64,000 nt of DNA from positions 19,595-83,594 of the forward strand of contig NW_021835961.1 in assembly GCF_006345805.1 (NCBI RefSeq). The letters run 5' to 3'. The first letter of the stretch is position 1. Each line of letters starts with the position of its first letter. Origin of the DNA: Octopus sinensis (Eukaryota). Both the position numbers and the translations under genes were made by a program. The notes under the pieces were generated by a model. That model saw only the letters and a list, made by a program, of their open reading frames with translations. It was not told the DNA's origin and did not search any database. This document shows positions 13,088 through 24,742 of this stretch, piece after piece.

Positions 13088-13355
13088 CCACCACCACCAC
13101 CACTACCACCATGACCACCACCACCACTACGCCCATGACCATCACGAAGACCACCACGACCACCACCATCATCACCACCCCCACCACCACCAACAACAAC
13201 AACACCACCACCACCACCACAAACATGACGAACCACCACCAACAACAACAACAACACCACCACAAACACGACGACCACGACGACCACCATCACCACTACC
13301 AGCACCACCGCTGCCACCACCACCGCTACCACTACCACCGCCTCCACCACCACCA
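13088..13355. repeat. Compound (CAC)/(CAA)/(GAC) trinucleotide tract
   Basis: Seen directly; source of the poly-H/T/V/G pseudo-ORFs. Confidence 0.95.
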
Positions 13356-13684
13356 TAATATGCCTCTGCTCTCTCCTTTTGGCTACTAAATCCATTACCA
13401 TATTTCACAAGTACTTTTTAAGTAAAAGTTGTGCAACACCTAAAACATTCGGTTGTGCAAATTCTTTGCACGGGAAACCTTCCCTGTGTGGCGTGTTTCC
13501 CAATTTTGTAGAATTTGCTTTCGGGCTTTCTTAGCCATTTCTGTTTTGGTGTTTTCAAGCCATGAAGTCTTTACGACGTTGATTTCCTTACACTCCCTTC
13601 CCCACAGCTTCACGAGGGAGGGAAGAAGGGGGAGAAGCAACACAGGTGCAAGTGTGAGCATGGATGCCAACTCTGCCGCCAATT

Positions 13685-13899
13685 AAAAAAATGTGTTAAA
13701 ATGGAAAAAAATGATGTTAAATTATTTTTTAAATCGTAGACTCATCGTAGACGCGCGCTAATAGCCAGACGGGCTCGATATGAATCACGACTATAAGATA
13801 CCCGAATTTGGTTAAACTGCACCGCAAAATGTGGGAGTAGTTAGGAATCTAAACCGTAGGAGACAGACACTCACACAACTTCACTTTTATATATATAGA
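13685..13899 (-). mobile_element. Second 5' portion of the same Helitron family
   Basis: Close copy of 12546-12760, including the A|TC 5' end; no terminator of its own. Confidence 0.75.
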
Positions 13900-16554
13900 T
13901 ATATTTCATCATCATCATCATCTTTAATGCCTGTTTTCCATGCTCGCATGGGTCAGACAGTTTGACAGGAACTGACAAGTGAGAGGACTGCACCAAGTTC
14001 CAATGTTTACTTTGGCATAGTTTCTACAGCTGGATGTCCTTCCTGATGTCAACCACTCCACAGAGTGTACTAGTTGCTATTTACATGGTACCAGCACTAG
14101 GAAGGTTACCAAGTTAGTCATTTGTAATGGACTATTAAGTCCAGTAATTGTAGAACTGAGGTAAGAGGTTTAATACCTTGTTTTGTTGTTTGCTTTTTGT
14201 TTTGAAAAAAAAAAAGAATAATGTTTTAGAGAAGCAGAAGATCGGCAGGTGTCTTTTGCCTTCTCCCATTCATACCATCCTTTTCATCACTCATTTCATT
14301 AATGTTTTTTGTCCAGCCCATGAACTACTCCCTCTGTATACGGCCTTCATGGCCAATAAAATGAAATGAAATAAAGTTAGTCATCCGAGTAGAGGGGAGT
14401 AGAACTGAGGAAAGTAGCTTTATGCCAGATGATGAAATGTTAGAGTATGACTGGAGGACAGGAACAAATACCTTGCAGTTGGGGAGATACATGGTTACCC
14501 TAGTTAGAAGAGAAGGGGGATGGTGGGGGAAGATATGCCAGGGCATACCCTCAGGGCACAAAAACGTGAATAACAAGGAGTGGCATAGGTGACCAGTTAA
14601 GTAATATATTTTTAGTTTGTTTTTATTTTAATTTTCGGAATTACGGAGATGTACTTGCATAGCAAGTGACATGATGCAGCATGGAATTTTGTCACAGTCT
14701 CAAAGCGACAAAAATATTTTGGTAAATTAAATTTAAATGTCGAAGTGAATCTAATGGATTTTGTTTGTTTTTAAATGGCTTATAAACACCTTCCATGCTG
14801 CAATTGTTTTATTTTGGTGTTCTATGCTAATTTGACAAATTAAACCTGTCTGGCTTACCAATCGTTTGGATACCAACTCACCTGCAACCACCTTTTTAAG
14901 TGATCTGAGGATAAATACAAATATCTTGAAACCGTACAGTCTGGTGGTCCCATCGTCTGTTAGAAGACAGTCAGGGTTCACTCCCCTGCTTGCAGTATGT
15001 ATCGGGTGCAAATTGCATTGACAACCAGCTGGAAGGATCTCCTCCTGGGTTAAAAACAGTAGTAACATTTGTTCCTATGGGACAGCCATGTTGAAATAGC
15101 AATAAACATTACTTCTTAGTATAGTTACTACTTTCATATCTTATAGAGATTTCTAACGAGCTACTTCGATTAAATTAAAATCTTCCATCAAAATTTCATG
15201 TTAATTTATGTTCCAAATACCAGCTTAAAAAGGGCAAAAGCTATTTTGATAAATTCTTCACTATTTCAAAAATTAACTGAAGCAAATGCTGTGTATTTCA
15301 ACAGAAATATGGTAACAAAAGGGTTAATTTATATGCTGTTCAGTTTTCTAAAAAAAAAAAAAAATCGTTTTCATATCACACTATGGGATGAAGTTATATC
15401 ATTTGTGTAAAACAGAGTCAGGGCTGACAAGAGAAAAGACTTCAAGTACAACTGCTATTTACAACTGGTTTATTTACAAGAAAGGTGAAGTGTGCTGCTC
15501 TCAGCTACCATCTTAAGCTCTGATAGTGTGGATGCATTGCCTCTGGAGATAGACAGGCACAAAACCTCAGCCAGTGGTGGTGATCAGCCAGTGCTGCTGT
15601 GTAGTGGCGTCGAAGAAGAGAAATTTGAAGAGAGTTTTCCCTTTATATAGTTTTTTCCACAACTAGCCTCGTTGTGATCTCGTGCATGGCAAATGGATGC
15701 AGGTGAGGTCTCACTCCAGTCTTGGAGATGGCAATGGCTGCTGCAAGATCTCATCCAATATGGCACTGGCTGCTTGTGCTGCTACAAATTAAAAGGAATG
15801 CTAAGACTGTTTGTGTTTTATTATTTGGAGATGGAGAAACAATGGGTTAAAACCTGCTGAGGATCATAGCAACTGATAATCTTTCCATGGCAAACAAACA
15901 ACCTGGAAGGGGACATGGAAGATTTTAAGCTTCTATAGAATAATTTAACCGAATAAAATACCAGTTGAATTCTGGGGTTGATTTAATATAGGGAAAGTTT
16001 ATGAAAAAAACAAAAGACAAAGACAGGTGGTGTACAAAACAAACAGATGTATCAGTATAACGCTCAGGAATAGAAAAAGTATTTTACGTTTCAAGCCTAC
16101 GCTCTTCTACAGAAAGGGACACAGAAAAAACAAGGAGAGAGAAAAATGTGTGTAGTGGCTAACGATTTATCATGGCGACTGAATTAATAGTCCTCTACTG
16201 CAGTGTTTCACATAGTGAGGGGTATACTGCAAAGACTTAAAAAGATGGTGGGTAAACTGCAAGGTGTGATAAAACTAAGATGGTTTTTAAACTTTTTAAA
16301 CCTGTCAAATGCCACAACAAAGAAATAATTACATGGTTGCAAACTCTGTTTTGTCTTTTCATTGATAAACAGTGGGAGGGGCCTAAAGTTTCACTAAGTT
16401 CTTTTTTTCTTTTTCTTTTTTTTTTCTGGTGGGGGGGCCCTGATATTTGTCAGTTTAAGAACCACTACTGTAAAGCATCCTAAAACTGAGTGGAATTTCT
16501 ACAATTGAAGAGTTATGATTACTGGGCGGTCAAATATGAAGAGTGAAATCTGGT

Positions 16555-16629
16555 TTGTATGCACCGGAAAGCATTGCAGACGTTAGAAAGAATAGATTCG
16601 ACTGTTAAAATGGCGTCATCATGTGATCC
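16555..16629 (+). promoter_or_regulatory. Putative promoter-proximal region (CCGGAA ETS-like and AAAATGGCG YY1-like motifs) at the start of a CpG-rich stretch
   Basis: CCGGAAA at ~16564 and AAAATGGCG at 16607; CpG visibly more frequent in 16.5-18.5 kb than in the flanks. Confidence 0.35.
16610..16629 (+). CDS. Candidate first coding exon of the TBC gene (MASSCDP)
   Basis: AAAATGGCG start context and a GTATGT donor at 16630. It ends in phase 2 (CC), matching the phase-2 start of exon 37243 (G), giving MASSCDP-NLDTQPY. It lies in a CpG-rich region and implies a ~20.6 kb first intron. No homology support for this short peptide. Confidence 0.4.
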
Positions 16630-17776
16630 GTATGTTGACAATTTACATGCTTGTTTCCATAACTAATATTTTTGATTTATGTTCTTTATTTTATTTTGCT
16701 CCTGAAATCGTGTTATTCTATGTTGCATTCATTTCCCCCTACTTTTTTTTTTTTTTTTGGCTACTCACTTGTCAGCCAGTTAAGAGATTCTCAAGTCGAA
16801 TGTTGTTATAATGTAAGCAAGTTCTCTGCAGGACAGTTGTCTTTCGGACAGGAATTCTGTTTCGATAGATAAGTAAAAAAGAAGATCATGCAGATAACAG
16901 AGTATCTGACTAAACTGCTTTGTAATTTTTAATTTCTTTTCTAATCTACTGAAATTAGTACGAGCGTCGTCCCATTCGACTAGAATCCTCTCATTGTTTA
17001 CTTGCGTTTTCTTGCACTCGTCGACTTGCAGTTGTTGTTTAATAAGAGCATCAACTGCATTGCTCTCAGCAATCTTGAAGAGCTCTCGAGATGGCCATTG
17101 ACACAACAAGTCCTTTCTTCAGACCTAACTATAAAAAAAAAAAAATAATAAAATGCTGTGCTGCGAAAAATTGAATACACTCCTCCTCTTGTGTCCCATC
17201 AAACGAAATCACTTTTGTAGTTAGATGTTTATCACGTCACAAAGTAATAATAATCGTCGTATTATTTTGTTTTTTTTTCCCCGTTCGAAATAAAAATAGT
17301 AAATATTCGACATTTCTTCTACTGAGTATATTGCAAAAACAACATTTTAGTAAGTTTTAATTCCTTGTTATCTTCATTGTAACTAGTTATTCTTCATCAA
17401 AGTAATGTGCCGGCTAATGTTGACAGGCCAGCATCAAAGTTTTTTTTTGTAGCATTGTGCAGATGTGCTACCTGCGTAAAACTGGGCGTTAACACGTGTG
17501 TGTGCATTTCTGCAAAACTGGTGTTCTTACCTGCGTATTTCTGGAGATAATAACAAGTACATTCATGTTTGCTGAATCGCTTTCTTTCTATTTTAAACGC
17601 CAGCGAAATACGTTCCGTCATAAAACACCGATAACGAGGAGGGCGATAGAATTGCATCGTCAATAGAATAATTAGATCTGATCACGTAATTGTCTCGTTT
17701 CGATCTCTTTTATTCATATCAAAAATGAAAAGAAAATCAACAACACACATGTAACCTTTAATATTATAAGAAGATA

Positions 17777-17833
<57 letters not shown>

Positions 17834-18889
17834 TGCAGGCACCATTTAATTAAGTGGCTTGTTTTAAATGAAATATAGATGTCTGTTTAATTGCATAGAA
17901 ACACATGGATATACGTGCATTGAAAATAAGCGGTACTTAAGAAAGCAAATGAAAATTTTAATGAATAACAACTTTCTGGTATTGAATTGTTATGCCTTGC
18001 TATTTATGTCTATGACGGACACCAAACTCTGCTGCCACGCCTTCTCTGTTTACTGTCGCTTATTACCGAACTCATTGAGTACGTGTGATTTTGTTACTAT
18101 ATATATATATTTATATATACATATATATAAGTGTGTGTGTGGGTGTACCTGTACGTAAGTGTGTACCTGTGTGTGTCTCAGAGACATCTTTCGTCACTAA
18201 TAACAAGGCTTGTGGGAGTGAGATCGCCGAGTTAAGCGATAACGTCGTCAAACTACACGGTTGCGTAAGGCCGTATGATTACTTGTTTTATAAACCCACC
18301 TGACCATTCTGTTGATGCAATAGTAATTGACTACACGGGGTCGCAACTACAAATACAGCTTTGTCTGGTATTAGGGACTCAAGTTTGTACCCGAATTACC
18401 CTTGAAAACTCACTATGTACTTGAGGGCAAGTCTGTTGGTTAGTGTGTTTCCTATTTCGTATATTAATATACTGTTTCCGGCATTATCTTGTTTTTTATG
18501 ATATATTTCTTTACTTTGTTTTAGGTTTTCATTCTGTTTGCGTTCTATGATGACATACTGTGTCGTACAATATTATTTGATAATACAATGTTGTTATGCG
18601 ATGTTATGCCGTGGCGTAATGTTGTAGGTGTATTTAGCCCCGAGTCGGTATTGACCGAGCAAGACCTGTGATCAAAGACGCCTCGGGTGTAACCATCCTG
18701 TATTTTTATACATCAAGAACCATATTATTCAATGTACCCTTCTTTATTTAAAACAGTAAGGTGTACATCGAAAGCGGTTTGGCTACTATTTTTTGTAGGT
18801 TGAGTGACTGCGTAGAAGCACTAGCGTTTGGTTTTTCAGACAATGGTATTGTAAAATATATATATACAAAAAATTGACTGTGTTGCCTG

Positions 18890-19640
18890 AATGTCAGAAT
18901 GTATCGTGTTACTGAATGTCATACTGTACTGTCTGAATGTCATACTGAACTGTGTTATAGTATTATGTCATACTCTCTGTGTTATAATGATATACTATAC
19001 TTTGTGCTATATGATGTCATACAGTCTGTGTTACCTGTATGTAATACTGTACTGTGTTGTGTTATATGGTGTCATAACTGTACTGTGATCCCTGGATGTA
19101 ATACTGTGCTATGTTGTGTTATATGATCACTTACTGTACTGTGTTGCCTGAATGTTGTACAGTGTGTTGTCTAAATCCTATACTCTATTGTTATATGGTG
19201 TCATACAGTAGTGCTGTGTTGTCTAAATCCCATACTCTAATGTTATATGGTGTCATACTGTAGTACTGAAGTACTGTGTTTTCTGAATGTTGTGTAGTTT
19301 AATGTCATACTGCATTGTGTTAGCTAAATAACATATGTACTAAGTTACTGAATGTCGTAGTGTACTATGTTATCAAAATATAAAACCAAATTTTGTTGAG
19401 TGAATGCCATACCAAACAGTGTGGTCCAACTGTCATACCATACTGTGTTATCTGAATATCATACTGTATTGTTTTGTCTATACTGTGATTTATGTATTGT
19501 TTTGTCATATAGTATGATATCTATTTGTACTAAGATGTTTGTTGTTGGACTTTGTTGTCAGAACATCTTATTGTGCCACATGTAAATGTTATATGGTACT
19601 GCATTACCTGATTATCATGTTTTGCTATGTTGTGTGAATG
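18890..19640. repeat. Degenerate TG-rich minisatellite-like tract
   Basis: Recurrent tgtcatactgtactgtgttgt-type words over ~750 bp. Confidence 0.7.
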
Positions 19641-21174
19641 TTGTCTGTACTCATCATCCTTGTCATTTAATATTCACTTTTCCATGCTTGCATGAGTCAG
19701 ATGGAATTTGTCAAGATAAACTTTCTATGGCTGGATACCTTTCCTCTCACCATCCCTCACCTGTTTCCAAGCGAGGTAATATTTGCACATAGTCAAACAC
19801 GTTTTTCACAGAAGACTCATTTACAACCATCACATGATGTCTAGACAAGAGTACATACACACATACACAGATATACAGATCTCTCTTACTGAGGTAGACA
19901 TGTACCTTTTTTTACTGCAAGACCTCTATTTCTTATTTCTTTATTGCCCACAAGGGGCTAAACATAGAGGGGACAGACAAGGACAGACAAAGGGATTAAG
20001 TCAATTACATTGACCCCAGTGCGCAACTGGTACTTATTTAATCAACCCCGAAAGGATGAAAGGCAAAGTCGACCTCGGTGGAATTTGAACTCAGAACGTA
20101 ACAGTAGACGAAATACCTATTTCTTTACTACCCACATGGGGCTAAACACAGAAAGGACAGACAAACGGATTAAGTCGATTATATCGACCCCAGTGCGTAA
20201 CTGGTACTTATTTAATCGACCCCGAAAGGATGAAAAGCAAAGTGGACCTCGGCGGAATTTGAACTTAGAACGTAGTGGCAGACAAAATACCTTTAAGCAT
20301 TTCGCCTGGTGTGCTAACATTTCTGCCAGTTTACCGCCTTATTCTTGCAGTTCACCTGCAAGACCTCTATTTCTGCCCCACTACTCATACTCTAGCCTCT
20401 CATCTGGCACAAATCCACCTTCCTCAATATTATCCCCGCCACCCAGTTAAAGGGTCTTGTCTTGTAAATTATTTGGTGACCTCCCTGCTACTGGTGCCAT
20501 GTAAAAGGCACCCAGTACACTCTCTAAAGTGGTTAGCATTAGGAAGGGCATACAAGTATAGAAACCATACCAAAACAGACAGTGGAACTTGACACAGTGA
20601 TCTGACTTGCCAACTCCTGTCAAACCATCCAACTCATGCTAGCATGGAGAATGGATGTTAAATGATGATAGTGATATATGTTGAGTTTCTTTCAGTTTCT
20701 AGCTATCACGTCCACTCACAGGGCTGTGGTTGGCCCTGGGCTATTGTAGAAGGCATTTGCCCAGGGTGCCATATAATGGAACTGAACCCAGGATCACATG
20801 GTTACCTGAGCCTATTGTGTTGTGTAAATATCATATAGTGTCAAAATGCATCATCCAATATCCTGTTGCTTGCTGTCATATTTTAATAATCCATGATACT
20901 GAAGTTATAAGTTCTAGCTGTAAAACCAAATACCATTCAATTTAAAATAGAGCCACTTAAGCTAAGTAGATAAGGAAAATAATTATATGTGTGTGTCTGT
21001 GTGATTGTGTATATACACGATCATCATTCTTTATCATCTAATGTCCACTTTTCTGTGTTTGCATGGGTCAGACGGAATTTTCTGAGGCATATTTTTCTAT
21101 GGCCAAATGCCCTTCATGTTACCAACTCTCATTTGTTTCCAAGCAAGGTAATATTTCACCATAACCAGACATGT

Positions 21175-21441
21175 ACATTATTTACAATTGATGGATATTT
21201 GTCCTCATCTTGTTTGTTGTTGACACAACGTTTTGGCTGATATACCCTCCAGCCTTCGTCAGGTGTCTTGGGGAAATTTCGAACCTGGTTTCTCATTCCT
21301 AAGGTATTTCCCCAAGACACCTGATGGAGGCTGGAGGGTATATCAGCCGAAACGTTGTGTTAACAACAAACAAGATGAGGACGAATATCCGTCAATTGTA
21401 AATAATGTCCATAATACCTCATCTTTTAAATATAGAACTGT
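21175..21441. mobile_element. Penelope-type inverted terminal fragment with two minimal hammerhead-like motifs
   Basis: 103-bp inverted arms 21175-21277 and 21306-21408; 14-bp flanking duplication ATAACCA(G/A)ACATGT; CTGAYGR-helix-GAAAC cores in both arms. Confidence 0.7.
21316..21361 (+). ncRNA. Minimal type I hammerhead ribozyme-like motif (A9>G)
   Basis: GACAC CTGATGG A GGCTG GAGGGTATAT CAGCC GAAAC GTT GTGTT: helices I, II and palindromic helix III (ACGT) all pair. Confidence 0.6.
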
Positions 21442-23544
21442 ATAACCAAACATGTTTTTCATACAAGACTAGAAACAAGCAGCATTATTTGTATGATAGT
21501 GATGCTCATCTACAGCCATTGCATGATGTCAGGGCAAGAGTGCACAAACACATATGTAGGGTCCTTTCAGTTTCTAGCTACTAAACCCACTCACATGACT
21601 TAGGTCAGCTTGTAACTATAGAAAAGACACTTGTCCCAGCTGACATGGGATGTACATCTTAGTCTTAATAATAACTTAATTCCTTTTGAATGCTACTGTT
21701 AAAATAGAATTAAAAAATGGATGTAGAAATAATAGAAAATTGATATGATGGAAAATAAAAAGCAAAAATGAAAAATGTATTACTAGAGAGCAAGCTAAAG
21801 TGGAGAGAATGGAATGGGAATGATTATTAAACTTGGAATGCAGTTAATAAAAGTTGGTATAGGGGTCCAATATGCATACATGTTTATGTGGGTGTGTGTG
21901 TGTGTGTATGCACACCAGTCATGTACATTAAGCTGATGTAGAAAGTGGGAAGAAGAAACTGCTCTTGAATGTGGGAAGGTAGGGTGTGTTTTATGGTCTA
22001 CCTTGTCTGACAATTTGTTAAGGTCTAGTTACATAATAAATGCTTACCAAAATGTCTGCATTTTGCAACATCTCAGACTTAGTAAAATTGTGTTCAGTAT
22101 CATGCAGGTTTTTAAGGATTCAAAGAACATATTTTTTTTATTTCTGTTCTTATAATGTCTTGACTTTTTCGCTTATGTTTGGAAGCCCTTTGTTTTACTT
22201 GACAGATATAACTGGATAATTTCTTTCTCATTTTTCCTTTCAGTGTTTTTAAAAGAAAACTTATGATTGTAATATTTGTTTAAACCTTCCCTCAGTCATG
22301 TCTGTAGTGTTTATGTGCACCATTGAGGTGGATTGGTTTGGTAAAGATAACCTTCACTTCATATATACTGGCTTCAGTTTCATAAGTCATATTGAATGGG
22401 TATATGTTGGTGGTCTTCCATGTACAGCTGGCGATATTTTTTTTTCATATGGGTGATATTTGATATGATGGTTTTTATGTTAGCTGTGCAACTGCAACTA
22501 AAGATTATGTCACTTGAATAATTGTTTATATTAATAGTTAACCCTTTTGAGACATGGTGTTTTGGTATGTATAGCCAAAATCACCCACATTTTCTCTCTA
22601 TTGAGATACATCTATTGAAAGAGGATCTCTGATTTTAGCTATTTCACTTCAAAACCAACCATTCACAGCATTTGTTCCATCAGGCCAATGGATTGCTCCC
22701 AAAGTCCTTTCAGTTTGTATCACTTGGGCCGATCAATCAACCTGGGTGACTCAAGAGGGTTAATGAGGAAATGCAAACAATTAAAGCAAGAAATTTCTTG
22801 GCAATGCAAAACATGCTTTATATATGTGTGTGAGAGTATGTGTTTTATTCACACTTAATAAGAATTTTAATTAGAATATTCCATTGATATATTACTTATT
22901 GTACAACTCACACTTACTTGGTTCATCTGGCTATTAAGAGGTACCAAGTGTTGGGACAACTTGTTGCTTTATGTAACTGGTAAATATTTTGTTGTTTTGT
23001 AGTGCTGTGTTTGAATCCTGTTTGATGTTTTCTAAGAAAGTGCAAGACTCCACCAGGCTAAATGCTTTCTTACTCACCACTTAAAAGTACCCCAGTGACT
23101 TAGTAGATTATGTAACTTATCATTATCATGTATACTATTATGTGTATAAATGCAAGTAGGTTTTAGTGTTATTTAGTCACAGGCTGTTTCCTGGACAAAA
23201 GGGTCCATGACTGAAATCATTCTAACCTTGACCATTTCATTTTCTGTTTTCCAACATATCTTTTTTTATACAGAACATTTATTTGTTATCTCCAGCAGAT
23301 CCTATGACCACATGGTGGTTCCCTGTTGACTCATAGCATTAGTACCTACTTAAGTATTACTTAAAAAATCATACTAGGTTATTGCTGTTAGCATTGTTTC
23401 AAATGTACATCTAGATCAAGATCTTCTGCTTAAACTGTCCATCATATTGAAATAAAGAGTAACAAGATGTGGCTGTACGTAGATGAAATGGATTTGCTTA
23501 TGTATATTTCATTTGTGGGTCTGTGTATATGTTAATAGTGTTGT

Positions 23545-23770
23545 AGTTGTTTGTTTGGTCCTAGATCAGGCCAGATGTAGCAGACCTATGATGAATGGAA
23601 TTCTAGTCGTGACTATCTCATATTTCATTGAAACATAGGGTTTCTAAAATTACATTATTTGGCTGCTGTGTCTAGTAGGTCGAATGACCTATTATCATGT
23701 GGCTAAAAATGTTATTCATGACCATGTGGCTTCTGCTTTGGTGCTTTACACTGCACTTTGTGCAAGAGTC
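23545..23770 (+). repeat. Old interspersed repeat H (GCAGACCTATGAT...ATTCCAGTCGTGACCATC)
   Basis: Related segments at ~18630-18830, 23170-23470, 24051-24242, 29580-29760, 37500-37700, 45600-45720, 56570-56780. Confidence 0.55.
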
Positions 23771-24380
23771 CAGCTATTACCTTGAGAGCTGAAGTTGGTA
23801 GACAGAAACTATGTCAAAAATTGTTATATGTATGTGTGTGTGTGTGTGCATACATGCACACACGCATGCGTGCACACACACACACACACACACGTAACAA
23901 TCTTCCAAAAAATTTGCTCTCTGCCAGCATCACCTCAATAGGCAAACAATTGTGATGTTGAACCTCCTTGTTATAAACAGATAGCATATAAACAGATATA
24001 TATATAGTTTCAAAAGTTAAACATATATATATATGTATGTGTGTGTGTGTGTAGCAGACCTATGATGAATGGTATTCCAGTCGTAACCATCTCATATTTC
24101 ATTAAGACATAGGGTTTCTAAAATTACATTATTTGGCTGCTATGTCTAGTAGGTCGAATGACCTATTATCATATGGCTAAGAATGTTATTCATGACCATG
24201 TGACTTCTGCTTTGGTGCTTTGCACTGCACTTTGTGCAAGTGTCTGGCTAAACAATTAACTAGTAAACAAAATAAATATAAACAAGAAATTGATATTGAT
24301 AAAAAAGCATAAGATTACTTTATATCAAAATAATAATAGATAACCAATTCTATGTTATCTCACAAACCAAAGAAAAACAC

Positions 24381-24742
24381 GAGTACTCAGAAAGCAGCGC
24401 AAACCTCCGCCAAGGTAACACCAATGTCTCTCAAAGATTAGCCAGGGATGATTTTTAAAATGAGATATCTAAAACAAGCTTGACTGCTCTCACAAATGAG
24501 AATACTAAAAAAGAACCCAACCACTCTCAAAAATGAAGTAAAAAAAAAGGAAAATAATCACAAATCCTTGTCTGGTACCAGATTGATCCCAAAATTCTAA
24601 TCAGTTCGTGCCAGTCACAAGGCCAAACATCCCTGAAAGTTTCATCTGATTCCATCCAGTGGTTCTTGAGATATCTTGTCCACAGACAAATAAACAAACA
24701 ATGCCTGAAAACAATACTTCTGCCTTCGAAGGCGGAGGTAAT
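24381..24742 (-). mobile_element. DINE-1/HINE-like Helentron-associated non-autonomous element
   Basis: 5' ACCTCCGCC-TTCGAA-GGCAGAAGT inverted repeat, (GTTT/GTCT) tract, gatgaaacttt core, 3' subTIR CCTTGGCGGAGGT. Confidence 0.7.

Noticed and set aside
12927-13408. Poly-His/Thr/Val/Gly/Pro ORFs
   Set aside because: Translations of a CAC/CAA microsatellite in all frames; no splice or codon evidence.
16776-16811. Alternative second exon for the 16610 start (PQLRDSQVECCYN)
   Set aside because: It ends in phase 0, is incompatible with exon 37243 and has no coherent continuation.
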